Below, one piece after another: positions 26,375 to 37,081 of a stretch of DNA of 55,607 nt; the stretch's first letter is position 1; every line of letters begins with the position of its first letter. A model generated the notes under the pieces. That model was not told the DNA's origin. It made no database searches and saw nothing but the letters and a program-made list of their open reading frames with translations. Position numbers and translations under genes: made by a program. The DNA comes from a virus (Duplodnaviria > Caudoviricetes), in IMG/VR virus record IMGVR_UViG_3300030098_002332, positions 1 through 55,607 of that record; one strand, 5' to 3'.

Positions 26375-27187
26375 ATGGAAAAAAAAGTGTATTTAAGGAG
26401 AAAAGACCTAGATGGTCATCTACCTAAAGCAGTAAGAGCAGAAGCTACAATGAAATTAAGTAGTGTGTTTGTAAACAGACAACCACTTAAACCATTTAGC
26501 TTAGCTGAAGAAAAAAAGTATATGGAAGGAATTTTAGATGTTAATCCTGATCATGTTGATTGGCCTAAACATTCTAAAAAATTCTGGGCAGAACTTACAA
26601 TACCTGTTGGTTTTACAGGAGTAGAACTAGAAATAGGAAAAGATGAAAATGGGAGACCATTAAATATTATGGATTTTATTAAGTACAATTTTGCACTTAA
26701 ACACCCTCATGTATCTTTAACTAAACAGGAAATGGATAAAGATTACAATAAAAGATTTTATATCCAAGATCTTACAAGAGATGATAAAGTTAAAAATAAC
26801 CTTATCAAACTTAAGAAAGACGCAGATAAAGAATTTATTAAAGTATCTTCTAATCCTTCAAACATGAAGAGAATACTAAGATTAATGTCTAATACTAATC
26901 CTGCTAGGATGAGTTTAGAACAAATTGAAAATGCTCTTTATGAAATTAAGAATAAAGAACCTAAAAGATTTATTAAAATTGCAACTGATAAAAACTTAGA
27001 ACTAAAAGCAGAGATTGAAGAAATGGTTTCTTCTGGGGTTTTAAGAAAGATTGGTAATCAGATAATTTTTATAGACGAGGTTCTTGGTGATACTACAGAA
27101 GACACTGTTGTTCATTTAAAAGACAAAAAGAATTCTGGTAAATTAACAATACTTAGAGCAAAACTCAAAGAATTAGCATTAACATAA
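26375..27187 (+). CDS. Conserved crAss-like protein downstream of MCP
   Basis: Synteny with the crAss capsid module. Confidence 0.65.
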   Translation: MEKKVYLRRKDLDGHLPKAVRAEATMKLSSVFVNRQPLKPFSLAEEKKYMEGILDVNPDHVDWPKHSKKFWAELTIPVGFTGVELEIGKDENGRPLNIMDFIKYNFALKHPHVSLTKQEMDKDYNKRFYIQDLTRDDKVKNNLIKLKKDADKEFIKVSSNPSNMKRILRLMSNTNPARMSLEQIENALYEIKNKEPKRFIKIATDKNLELKAEIEEMVSSGVLRKIGNQIIFIDEVLGDTTEDTVVHLKDKKNSGKLTILRAKLKELALT

Positions 27188-27188
27188 T

Positions 27189-28358
27189 ATGAATGTAACA
27201 GAAATGCATATAGCAGTACAGCAAGGAGTGGATAAAATAAATTCACTCCAAGCTGACATGCTATTACCTCAAGAAATAGATATAGAATTAAATAAATCTG
27301 TTTCTAGATTTTTAAACACGAAGTACGGAAAAAACAATAAATATGGTAGGGGTTTTGAAGAAAGCCAAAAAAGAATAGATGATCTTAGAAGTTTGGTTAA
27401 AGAATATTCAGCTCCAGTAATTTTTAAAGAGCAATATAGTGACAGATTTTGGGTAGATCAATTTAGATTACCTTCTGATTATCTATATTTAGTAAATCAA
27501 AGGTCTGAGGTTTTTACAGATATTAACTGTGATCCAATATCATTTTCTTATGATGATAATGACCCTACAGCATACTATGTAATGCCTTTGACTGAATTAC
27601 ATGATGGAACTAATATGGCTGAGGGAGCAGCAATTATGGCTGATCCTTCTGATCCTAGTTTAGGATTTAATTATGTATTTGTAAATCAAGGTACATATAC
27701 ATACCCGCAGGATATACAAGCATTTAAAGATTTTTTAATAGACCCAGCTAATTGGCAACCAGGTATACAAGTATATTGGGAACAGTATGGTCAATTACAA
27801 TTTCCTAATTCTTTTATAATTATAGTAGACTTTGTAAATACTATAACATATCTTAATTGGGATGCGGCAGATCCTCAAGCTAATGCTACAGCTCCTACTT
27901 TAGTAACACCTATAATTACATCTTATCCAGGATCTACTGGACCAGAAGATGATGCCAATGGAGTTATCTATGTTCAATACACTGAAAACGGATTAGGCAC
28001 AAAAAGATTACCTCCTGCATTTGCAGTGAGAAAATTTGCAACAAACAAATTTATACAACACGACGACATATTTACCTTATTAGATGATCCTTTTAATACT
28101 ACAAAATATACATCACCATTAACAACTATGCGTGGAGAATATATTGACTTGTATACGAATGATATATTTATAATAGACAAGGTAAAAATAACATATATAA
28201 GAAAACCAAGGCAAATTTCACTAACTTTGGGGATTAGTTGTGAACTTCCTGAACATACTCATCAAGAGCTTGTGGACATGACAGTTAGCAGCATTTTAGA
28301 GGGAATTAGTGACCCTCGATACAAAACTCACGAAGCAGAAGTGAGTAAAAATGAATAA
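27189..28358 (+). CDS. Neck/ring structural protein with central insertion
   Basis: GFEESQKRIDDLRSLV, ITYIRKP, CELPEHTHQELVDM. Confidence 0.7.
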   Translation: MNVTEMHIAVQQGVDKINSLQADMLLPQEIDIELNKSVSRFLNTKYGKNNKYGRGFEESQKRIDDLRSLVKEYSAPVIFKEQYSDRFWVDQFRLPSDYLYLVNQRSEVFTDINCDPISFSYDDNDPTAYYVMPLTELHDGTNMAEGAAIMADPSDPSLGFNYVFVNQGTYTYPQDIQAFKDFLIDPANWQPGIQVYWEQYGQLQFPNSFIIIVDFVNTITYLNWDAADPQANATAPTLVTPIITSYPGSTGPEDDANGVIYVQYTENGLGTKRLPPAFAVRKFATNKFIQHDDIFTLLDDPFNTTKYTSPLTTMRGEYIDLYTNDIFIIDKVKITYIRKPRQISLTLGISCELPEHTHQELVDMTVSSILEGISDPRYKTHEAEVSKNE

Positions 28359-28382
28359 ATATTAATTTAAAAAAATAGAAAA

Positions 28383-29312
28383 ATGGCAAGACATTTGTTT
28401 ATCGGAAACGAGGTTGCGGTTAGCTACACTAATGGTGTATTAGCTAATGGTGCTCTTGATGTCCAAAAATTAAGTGCTTCAGGACCTACAAGTATGGTAG
28501 CTGGAGACACAGTAGCAGACTCTCCACAATTTAGAATTGTACAGGGTAATGGAACAACTAATATTGTAAGTCCTTGGATTTATGGTAAAGATGTGATTAA
28601 CTGGAGTGGTAAAGGTCACGCTGCACAAACTGCGCAAGTTAGAAATGGAGCATTAACTACTAATGCAACAATTGCTGGTGAGCACACTTTAAAAATCATA
28701 AACAAAACTAACGGTAACGAACCTTTTGAAATGAAGTCATATACAATTAGTGTAGCTGCAAATGCAACTCCAACTCAACAGTGTATAGATTTTGCTGCTG
28801 CTATTAATGCTGATTTACCTCACTGGGTAAACAGTATTACTAACAACGGTACAGACATTGATTTTACTGGATTTAAAAAAGGTGAAGTTAAGGCTGATGG
28901 ATCAGTTCAAGAAGATTTAGTTGAAATGGAATTAGCTTTTGAAGCTATTGATGGTGGCGGTAACGGTACTACTTTAGCAGATACAAATACAACTCCAGGA
29001 TCTAGAGGAGTTGGTGATGGTTTTTATGTAGAAAAGATGGAAGATATTGCAAGAGGTGTTAACTATGGTTTTTACCACAGAGGTCACCTTCCAAATACTC
29101 CAGCTTTAGTAACTAATACTGCTAGTCCTTACGACATGTATCACATTGCAGCTACTAAAGATGGTTCATCTAATTCTCAAATTCACGGTGTTGATAATAT
29201 TATTGAGTTTAATATTGCATTCGATAACGGTACAGGTTCTATAACGCAAGCGTTTGAGTCAGTACTAAACGGATATTTAGCGTCAGTAAATTTTGCACCA
29301 GTTAACTTATAA
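28383..29312 (+). CDS. Putative auxiliary capsid protein
   Basis: Ala/Gly/Thr-rich, biased codons, crAss-like position. Confidence 0.55.
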   Translation: MARHLFIGNEVAVSYTNGVLANGALDVQKLSASGPTSMVAGDTVADSPQFRIVQGNGTTNIVSPWIYGKDVINWSGKGHAAQTAQVRNGALTTNATIAGEHTLKIINKTNGNEPFEMKSYTISVAANATPTQQCIDFAAAINADLPHWVNSITNNGTDIDFTGFKKGEVKADGSVQEDLVEMELAFEAIDGGGNGTTLADTNTTPGSRGVGDGFYVEKMEDIARGVNYGFYHRGHLPNTPALVTNTASPYDMYHIAATKDGSSNSQIHGVDNIIEFNIAFDNGTGSITQAFESVLNGYLASVNFAPVNL

Positions 29313-29336
29313 TATTAACCTTTAAAATTTAAAAAA

Positions 29337-29693
29337 ATGAGTAAATTATCAAACGTAAAAACAGCTTCATTTGACACTGGTGTTATGACATCTGCTGGAG
29401 ACTATCCTTCTGGAGGAAGTGGAGTATATTTACCTGCGGGAGCTTTAGTTCTTCGTGCACATTTAAGTGAAATAACTACATTAGCTGGTGGTACAAATGT
29501 AAAGCTAGTTAGTGGTTCTACAGACTTAATGGGTACACTAGCAACTGGATCTATAGATGACTACAATGCTCTTACATTAACAGCAAATAAATTGTCTGCT
29601 GGAGGAGAGCTTAAACTAACTACTACTGGAACTTACAGTGGTGGTAGTAGAGCTATCTTACATGTAGAGTATGTAACTGAGATTGACGAGTAA
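29337..29693 (+). CDS. Small beta-rich structural/decoration protein
   Basis: LPAGALVLRA...; followed by a strong terminator. Confidence 0.55.
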   Translation: MSKLSNVKTASFDTGVMTSAGDYPSGGSGVYLPAGALVLRAHLSEITTLAGGTNVKLVSGSTDLMGTLATGSIDDYNALTLTANKLSAGGELKLTTTGTYSGGSRAILHVEYVTEIDE

Positions 29694-29709
29694 AATCGTA
29701 TAACTATAT

Positions 29710-29750
29710 AAGACTAATAGGGGGCATAGTCCCCCTGTCAGTCTTTTTTT
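29710..29750 (+). terminator. Rho-independent terminator
   Basis: AAGACT..AGGGGG-CATAGT-CCCCCT..AGTCTT followed by a T-run. Confidence 0.85.
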
Positions 29751-29766
29751 ATAAAAATAAAATAAT

Positions 29767-30270
29767 ATGGGATTTAATATAAGCGTAGAAAACTCTTGTA
29801 AGTTAATAGCTATATCTGGAGACAGATACGATCAGACAGCTACACAAGCTGACATTGTGCTTGAAAATATGGAAGACGGAACTTCATACACAGTAACTAT
29901 GGCGTATGATGGTTCAGGTAAAGGAACTTTAAATTTTCCTTCTGAAAACTTACCATCGCAGTATGGAGTGTATAGAGCATGTTTATCAGAAAACGGCCTA
30001 GAATATGGATGCAAACCATTTATAATTAAATGTAATATAGATTGTTGTTTAAACAAACTAACATACGAATTAATAGATTGTCATTGTGATTGTGCAAGAT
30101 GTGCAACAGCTATGGCAAAAGCACAAAAAATATATTTACTATTACAAAGCGCTATTTCTTCTGTAGAGATTGCAGGAGAAAACCAAAGTAATTCATATTA
30201 TATTGATATACTACATAAGTATAACAAAGCAAAAGAAATTTGTGATAACAGTTGTGGGTGTGATTGTTAA
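29767..30270 (+). CDS. Cys-rich structural protein (possible tail hub)
   Basis: Many Cys, including CCL, CHCDCARC and terminal CGCDC. Confidence 0.5.
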   Translation: MGFNISVENSCKLIAISGDRYDQTATQADIVLENMEDGTSYTVTMAYDGSGKGTLNFPSENLPSQYGVYRACLSENGLEYGCKPFIIKCNIDCCLNKLTYELIDCHCDCARCATAMAKAQKIYLLLQSAISSVEIAGENQSNSYYIDILHKYNKAKEICDNSCGCDC

Positions 30271-30290
30271 TCTTATAATTAAACTTTAAA

Positions 30291-33200
30291 ATGGCATACG
30301 AAGAAAATCCACTATCAGAGGAAGAACTTAGAGGGGCTGTAAGATCTAGAGACACAAGAGAGGCCCCTTCATCTGACAGAACACCAGCAGAAAGAGTTAA
30401 AGATGAGGTAGATGAAATAAGAAGATCAGCAGAAGAATCACAATACGGTTCTTCTTATGGTACATCTTTAATAGAATTATCTGCAGATGTTTATAGTAAT
30501 CCTTTAAACCCTAAGACTAGAGAAAATTTAGAATCAAGAACATTTTTAGAGGGCAAGATAGGCAGAAGTAGTGGTATGGTAACTCCTGCTAGTACAGGTA
30601 AAAGATGGATTTCTGTACAAGCTTATAATCACAGGATTTTTGAAGATGCTTATGATACAGCTAATACAGACATAGGTTTAATTATTACTGTAGCTAAAAA
30701 ACCAAGTACTGGAACTGGCTGGGATCCTGTTGTAGAAATAGTCGATATAACAAATTATACTCCCTCACAATGGCAAGGATCATTACCTCCTAACTCTTCT
30801 ACTAAAGTATCTACTGTAAATACTACAGATAATATAAGTTTATACTATCAAAATAATGCATTTACTCCAGGCGGAGGAGCAACTAATATTCCGTCAACTA
30901 ATGGTTATTTTGAGATAGATTTACAAGTAATTTTCCAATCTGGTCATATTGAGTATTTTACATCTCAAGGTTTTCAAAATGATAATGGACCAATATTGTG
31001 TCCTGTTGGAAATCGTTATCATACTATGCTTGATTATAATTGGGACCCGATGTCTTCTGGTGCTAATACTGAAAAGTTTAATCTTGTAAATGCATGTGGT
31101 AATAAGGCTAATACATACTTTTACAGTAAGGGAATGAATATTCTTAAAGGTGTAAATGCAATAGGAGACTATTCATTACTTACCAGATATGCTCCAATAC
31201 ACAATCCGTCAGGAACTTTAATAGAAGCAGGGTACTATAAAGAATATATTAATGGTGTTTCTCAAAGTGATAGTGCATTTATAGAGCTTGTAAATCAAGT
31301 ACCATTTTCTTGGGGAGACCCTTTAACATCTTATTTAGGACAAAATGGTGTTATAACTCCAGATTATAATCAAACGCAAAGACAATCGTTTAAAAGAATT
31401 GATCTTTTATTTCAGCATAATAATACAAACTACCATACAGAGATTTTTGGGAATAATACTACAGGATTTATAGATGAAACCTGGTTTCAATCAAATTACC
31501 AAGGTATAACTTTATCTGGAGGTTTTGAAGGATATGACACTAGCTATACAAATAATGATATAAGTAGTTTTGAGCATATAAGAAATCGTGTGCAAGCTGC
31601 AATGCAAAAGCAGTATATATTTAGCTATACAGCATATTATTCAGAAAATATTACTTCATGCACACCATCGCAGTCAACTTCTTATACTGTTTGTGATAGT
31701 CAAGGTAATGCTAGTCATTATGTAACAACAGGTAAAGATTGTGCTGGTAATACAATTCCGGCTGCAGATTTACCTGGAGGTGCTAATAATGCTAATGTTT
31801 TGTTTATACATGATCAAGCTTGTTGTACTGCTTGTACTTTAACATTAACAGCAAATAGTATAGATGCTAGTTATGGAGGTACTGATGGTATTATTACTTG
31901 GAATGCTAGAGATTTAGGAGCTCCATCAGGAAATCCTTTTAATACTGGCAGTATGTATACTGTTACAGTAACAGATTCTAGTGGTGTAGCCGTAGGTGTA
32001 ACTGCGCCATCAGGAGGTAATACATTTACAGATAATACTTGTGATACTAACACAACAGCTGGTACAGCTAATTTAGTGACTTGTGATCCAAGTAACAAAA
32101 TTGTTCCTGGTATGCAAGTATCTGGAACTGGAATACCGGCTACTGGTACAGTTTTTGTAGGGGCAATAACGGCTGGTACAGTAAGTTCAAATGTAACTCA
32201 ATTTTCATTAGTTGACACAGCAGGAGGACCTGTTAATGCAAATGCAATAGGTACTAATGTAACTTTAACGTTTTCAACAGGAGATACAGGACAACAAGGT
32301 AATTTAGCGCCTAATGATACTGCTAATCCTTTTTATACTGTATGCGTAACTGATGAGGATGGGTGTCAAGAGTGTGTTCAACTTGTAGTAAGAGAAGCTC
32401 CAAATGCGCCTACAGGTTGTACAGATAACACTGCTGTAAATTATGATGCAACTGCAATTATTGATGACGGTAGTTGTATTTTATGTAATGCAACTTCTGG
32501 ATTGTTAGAAGATCCAGCTGGAACAAATACAACACCTTTATTTGGTAATACATATGCAGGATCTACTTCAGCAACCTGGAATAGTGGTTTTGGAGCTAGT
32601 GCAACACATAATAGTGATGGTACTTTATCAGTAAGTGCGTCGCCAATAGCGTCTGCTATGGCTTATATGGATTGGGATGCTAACTCTAAATTTGAAATAC
32701 TATTATATAAAACTTTAAATCCGGGAGATCCAAGCACAGCAACAGGAGCAGTTCAAATAGGAGGAACTATAAACGCTGGTACTTTAGATATTGTAACAAC
32801 AGCATCTCACACATTTACAGGATTAGCTTATGGTTACTATACTATAAGAGTTAGATATGTAGATACAAATACTGTTAGCACACTAGAAGATTGTTTTACA
32901 GAATTTTACGGTACAGTACAAGCACAGGTTTGTGATGCAATAGGAAACGCACATTATATGACTGTGCCATCAGATCTTGCTTTACAAGACCCACAAAACA
33001 GTTTACTTTGTTCTAATACTATACCTTGTTGTACACTACAAGATATTACAGAATCTTTTGATCTTGGAAATTGTAATCCAATATTATTTTCTAATATATT
33101 TTGTGACCCTTCAAGAACTGTAACAGTTACATGGTCATATAGTACTAATGGATCTACTTACACAAATCTTGGTAGCTACAATTTAGGTACTATAAATCCT

Positions 33201-34901
33201 GGATCAGGAGTAACAGCATATGCAGCTCCTGGAAATAATTATGCTTCAGGTCACTGGTTTGCGCAAAATGGAACGGGTTATTATAAAGTAGAAATAAGTG
33301 CTGTTACTGTTGGACATACTTCAAATACTTGTATAGAACAAAAGGTTGGTTATTTTACTTTCCCTGTAACAGGGTGTATGGATGCAAATGCACACAATTA
33401 TAACCCAAATGCTGTATGTCCTGGACAATGTGCTTATCCTAGTTATGAGTGTGACCAAGCAACAGGACAATGCTATGATCCTTGGCAGGGTACATTTACA
33501 GGATACACTCCAGGTCAATACAATTGTTTAAATGGTCCTGGTTGTTGTAACTCTGCTTGTATTCCTCCAACTGTTTATGGGTGTACAGATTCGTGTGCAA
33601 CAAATTATAATGCATTAGCAACACAAGACGACGGTTCGTGTACATATACAGCATGTTTAGACCAGCTAGCATCAAACTATTTACAAAATTGTTGTAATCA
33701 AAATTATTACGCTGCAAATCAAGTTGTAGGGCCAGACAATAGTTGTTGTATAAATCCTTGTACTAATCCAAATACTTTAGATGTAGTAACAACAGATGCA
33801 ACTTCTACATGTACTGTATTTAATAATGATGGTACAGCAACTTTAACAGTTACAGTAAACACTGGGGCTACAACGTGGACTTGGGAACTTTTTGATGTGC
33901 AAGGAAATTCAATATACTCTGATGGTATTACATATACAGGGTCAGGATCAGCTCCAACGTATACTACATTAGGAACAGGAAGTTATAGCATTACAGTAAC
34001 AGATAATTTAGGATGTGTTGAAACTAATAATTTTATAGTAGACAGTAATGGACCTACTGTAGGTTGTACTGATCCAAATGCAGATAACTACGATCCAAAT
34101 GCAGTTTGTGATTGTGGTTGTTGTTTTATAGAAGGGTGTATAGATCCTAACGCTACAAACTATAATCCTAATGCAACCGTGCCTGATGGTAGTTGTGAAT
34201 ATGCAGATATACCACCTAGCCCATGTGTACCAGAATCTTTAGAAACAGAAAGATTTAAATTAGATATATGTATAGCTCAAAAAGGATCAAGATGGTTAAA
34301 CAATTATAAAATAGGTAGAACAGATGATTGTTCGTTAATGAATAAATGGAAATTAATTCTAATAGATTATTTATTAAGTCAACATGAGCTAAACTGCCTG
34401 TTTAATTGTGCTGATATAGAATCATCAAGTGTATCAGCAGTTCAAGATTGTAATGCGTTATGGGTAACTGGAGGTCCTAGTACAGGGCAAAACCATGACC
34501 CTAATCATTTAGGAGCAAGTATAGTAAACCCAGGAGAAGGAACAACTATTACAGAATATGATGGTTATCCAAATGGTTGGTTTGGATATGTGCCAGGAGG
34601 TAGCCCTACATGTAATTTTAGTTTTGTAGGAGATGTTGTTAAATTTGATTTACCAACAGGACATCCACTGGCAACATGGTTAAATGGAACAATATGGACA
34701 CTTACAGCAAATCCTGCTAATAATCCAACTGGAATGCATCAAGGTTGTAAACTATCAAAAATACAACATTATACACAATGTTTAGACTACAGATCGGTAA
34801 CAATAACAACAACTGAAAATTATTACGATAAATATATTAACTTTGTAACTAAATTCTGTGCTGACTGTGACACCAAGATATTAAAAAATAAAACAAATTA
34901 A
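30291..34901 (+). CDS. Large Cys-rich tail/appendage protein with GCxDxxAxNY repeats and SprB-like repeats
   Basis: GCTDNTAVNYD..DDGSC and about five similar; GSYSITVTDNLGC; no signal peptide. Confidence 0.65.
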   Translation: MAYEENPLSEEELRGAVRSRDTREAPSSDRTPAERVKDEVDEIRRSAEESQYGSSYGTSLIELSADVYSNPLNPKTRENLESRTFLEGKIGRSSGMVTPASTGKRWISVQAYNHRIFEDAYDTANTDIGLIITVAKKPSTGTGWDPVVEIVDITNYTPSQWQGSLPPNSSTKVSTVNTTDNISLYYQNNAFTPGGGATNIPSTNGYFEIDLQVIFQSGHIEYFTSQGFQNDNGPILCPVGNRYHTMLDYNWDPMSSGANTEKFNLVNACGNKANTYFYSKGMNILKGVNAIGDYSLLTRYAPIHNPSGTLIEAGYYKEYINGVSQSDSAFIELVNQVPFSWGDPLTSYLGQNGVITPDYNQTQRQSFKRIDLLFQHNNTNYHTEIFGNNTTGFIDETWFQSNYQGITLSGGFEGYDTSYTNNDISSFEHIRNRVQAAMQKQYIFSYTAYYSENITSCTPSQSTSYTVCDSQGNASHYVTTGKDCAGNTIPAADLPGGANNANVLFIHDQACCTACTLTLTANSIDASYGGTDGIITWNARDLGAPSGNPFNTGSMYTVTVTDSSGVAVGVTAPSGGNTFTDNTCDTNTTAGTANLVTCDPSNKIVPGMQVSGTGIPATGTVFVGAITAGTVSSNVTQFSLVDTAGGPVNANAIGTNVTLTFSTGDTGQQGNLAPNDTANPFYTVCVTDEDGCQECVQLVVREAPNAPTGCTDNTAVNYDATAIIDDGSCILCNATSGLLEDPAGTNTTPLFGNTYAGSTSATWNSGFGASATHNSDGTLSVSASPIASAMAYMDWDANSKFEILLYKTLNPGDPSTATGAVQIGGTINAGTLDIVTTASHTFTGLAYGYYTIRVRYVDTNTVSTLEDCFTEFYGTVQAQVCDAIGNAHYMTVPSDLALQDPQNSLLCSNTIPCCTLQDITESFDLGNCNPILFSNIFCDPSRTVTVTWSYSTNGSTYTNLGSYNLGTINPGSGVTAYAAPGNNYASGHWFAQNGTGYYKVEISAVTVGHTSNTCIEQKVGYFTFPVTGCMDANAHNYNPNAVCPGQCAYPSYECDQATGQCYDPWQGTFTGYTPGQYNCLNGPGCCNSACIPPTVYGCTDSCATNYNALATQDDGSCTYTACLDQLASNYLQNCCNQNYYAANQVVGPDNSCCINPCTNPNTLDVVTTDATSTCTVFNNDGTATLTVTVNTGATTWTWELFDVQGNSIYSDGITYTGSGSAPTYTTLGTGSYSITVTDNLGCVETNNFIVDSNGPTVGCTDPNADNYDPNAVCDCGCCFIEGCIDPNATNYNPNATVPDGSCEYADIPPSPCVPESLETERFKLDICIAQKGSRWLNNYKIGRTDDCSLMNKWKLILIDYLLSQHELNCLFNCADIESSSVSAVQDCNALWVTGGPSTGQNHDPNHLGASIVNPGEGTTITEYDGYPNGWFGYVPGGSPTCNFSFVGDVVKFDLPTGHPLATWLNGTIWTLTANPANNPTGMHQGCKLSKIQHYTQCLDYRSVTITTTENYYDKYINFVTKFCADCDTKILKNKTN

Positions 34902-34903
34902 AT

Positions 34904-36346
34904 ATGGCAACTAACAGAAATATATATGATTTAAGAACACTAGCTAAAACAAGTGTAGATAGTAATGACTATTTAGAGGTAGCTAATCAAACAACTAAAG
35001 CGCCATCTAAGTTACTAGTGTCTTCTCTATTTCCAACATTTTCTACAACCGGTACTGGTAGTGAAAATATTTGGATTGATATAACAAATAAAAACCAACT
35101 AAATTTTAAAGGAATAAAGTCAGGAGATACTGGACTATTAACTGTAGCTACAACTTCTAACAATATAGTATTAACAGCTTTAGAAGCAGGTATAGATCTT
35201 AGTTTATGTAATAACACTTCATCAGGATTTATTTCTGGAATAGATTTTTCAGGAACAGTTACTGGAGAAAATTTAGTAATAAATGGTGGAACAGGATTAT
35301 CTACAATTGCAAAAGGAGCTGTATTGTATGCAGATGCTACAGATTCATTAGCGGCTAGCACAGCAATGTCTACAAATGGACAATTACTTATAGGTAATGC
35401 AACTGCTGGTTATCCATCAGTAGCTACACTTACTGCAGGTAGTAATGTAACAATTACTAATGGTGCTGGATCAATTACAATAGCTGCTAGTTTAACAACT
35501 TTAGCTGCAGACTTAGATTGTGATAATAATGACATTGATTTAGGTACAGGATATTTAAGTTCTGATGGAAATCAAAATGGAATACGAGTTACAGGATCAA
35601 ATGCATATATAGGGGCTTCTGGAAACTACCACGATTCAGATGTTTTAAATTTAGCTGGAGGTGGTATAAGATTTAGCAATACAGCATCTGTAGATATAAA
35701 ACCTAATGCTACCACATCAAGCACAGCAGGACAGCCTGTTACAATTGAGGCTGGAAGCAGTGCTTCTGGTAATGCAGGTAAATTAACACTTAAGGGTGGT
35801 ACTGCAGCATCAGGAGGAGGAAACGGTGGAGATGTAGAGATATATGGTGGTAGTGAAGCTGGAGGTACAGCTGCATCTATTAAAAATTATGTATATGATG
35901 GTTCAGGAAGTGCTGTAGAAAGTTTAACAGTAGAAGGAAATAGTGCTAATCCTAATGTAAAAGTATGTAAAGGTAATTTAGTAATTACTGAAGCTACAAA
36001 AGGTATTATACATACAGGTAGTGGTGTAGTTACACAGGCAACTAACCATAGTACAGATGTAACAATTAATTCAACATCTGGTGTTATTACTTTGGCTGGT
36101 GTAGCTTTAGCTGCAGGAGCAGAAGCAGATTTTGCAGTTACAAATAGTACTGTTCAGACAGACTCAGTTATATTATTAACTGTGCAGTCTCCAGCTGCTG
36201 CTAGCGCAACTGACAATGCAACACTAATAGCACAACTTGATGCAGTAGCTAACGGAAGTTTTAATATTAGATTAACTAATCCGGGAGCTGCAACAACATC
36301 AACAAACGCACACAAAATTCACTTTTTAGTGATAAACAATAGTTAA
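34904..36346 (+). CDS. Tail fibre-like protein
   Basis: NGGTG, NGQLLIG, LTAGSNVTITNGAGSITIA; Gly/Ala/Thr-rich. Confidence 0.7.
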   Translation: MATNRNIYDLRTLAKTSVDSNDYLEVANQTTKAPSKLLVSSLFPTFSTTGTGSENIWIDITNKNQLNFKGIKSGDTGLLTVATTSNNIVLTALEAGIDLSLCNNTSSGFISGIDFSGTVTGENLVINGGTGLSTIAKGAVLYADATDSLAASTAMSTNGQLLIGNATAGYPSVATLTAGSNVTITNGAGSITIAASLTTLAADLDCDNNDIDLGTGYLSSDGNQNGIRVTGSNAYIGASGNYHDSDVLNLAGGGIRFSNTASVDIKPNATTSSTAGQPVTIEAGSSASGNAGKLTLKGGTAASGGGNGGDVEIYGGSEAGGTAASIKNYVYDGSGSAVESLTVEGNSANPNVKVCKGNLVITEATKGIIHTGSGVVTQATNHSTDVTINSTSGVITLAGVALAAGAEADFAVTNSTVQTDSVILLTVQSPAAASATDNATLIAQLDAVANGSFNIRLTNPGAATTSTNAHKIHFLVINNS

Positions 36347-36371
36347 TATTAATCAATAAATAAATAGACCA

Positions 36372-36788
36372 ATGACAAAAACAATTAATGCAACAAAAGG
36401 AGAACTAGTAACAATTATAAATGGATTGTTTGGGGTTCAAGAATTAAAAGGTAAAAAATTTAGTTTAGTAGTAAGTAAAAATATTGCTATCCTAAAAGAA
36501 ACTTTAAAAGATCTAGAAGACGCAGGTAAGCCGTCTGAAGAATTTTTAAAAATAGCTCAAGAGGTAAATGAAATTGCCACTAAAAATGAAGAAGGAGCTA
36601 AAGAAAAAATTGATAAGATCGAAGAAGATAACAAAGAGTTAGTTGAAGCTAGAAGAACTCAAATGGATAAAGTAGAAAAAATGATGCAAGAATCTGCAGA
36701 AGTAGAATTAAATACTATTGCAGAAGATCTTTTACCAGAAGATATATCAGCTCAACAAATTAATAAAATAATAAAAATAATAGAATAA
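36372..36788 (+). CDS. Helical protein, possible fibre assembly chaperone
   Basis: Charged coiled-coil directly after the fibre gene. Confidence 0.5.
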   Translation: MTKTINATKGELVTIINGLFGVQELKGKKFSLVVSKNIAILKETLKDLEDAGKPSEEFLKIAQEVNEIATKNEEGAKEKIDKIEEDNKELVEARRTQMDKVEKMMQESAEVELNTIAEDLLPEDISAQQINKIIKIIE

Positions 36789-37081
36789 TGGCTATAAGAA
36801 CAACATCAGAATCTTTATTACACGATAGCGCAATAGCTCTTAACAAAAGCTTAGGAATGCATGGTGTAGTAATGGTTACAGGTACTGCTACTACAACAGC
36901 AACATCTGGAACATATTTTGCAGTACAGTTTGTTACAGATTGTACTCCTACAACATTGACAATCTCTAATTCAACAACAGTAACTAGTGTGCAACACAAA
37001 GCAGGAACTGTTATATACGGAGACATTACAGCAATAACTGCAGGTAGTGGAGAAACTTATATATTATATAAAGCAAAATAA
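36788..37081 (+). CDS. Small structural protein
   Basis: Thr-rich; AGTVIYG.ITAIT..SG...LY. Confidence 0.55.
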   Translation: MAIRTTSESLLHDSAIALNKSLGMHGVVMVTGTATTTATSGTYFAVQFVTDCTPTTLTISNSTTVTSVQHKAGTVIYGDITAITAGSGETYILYKAK

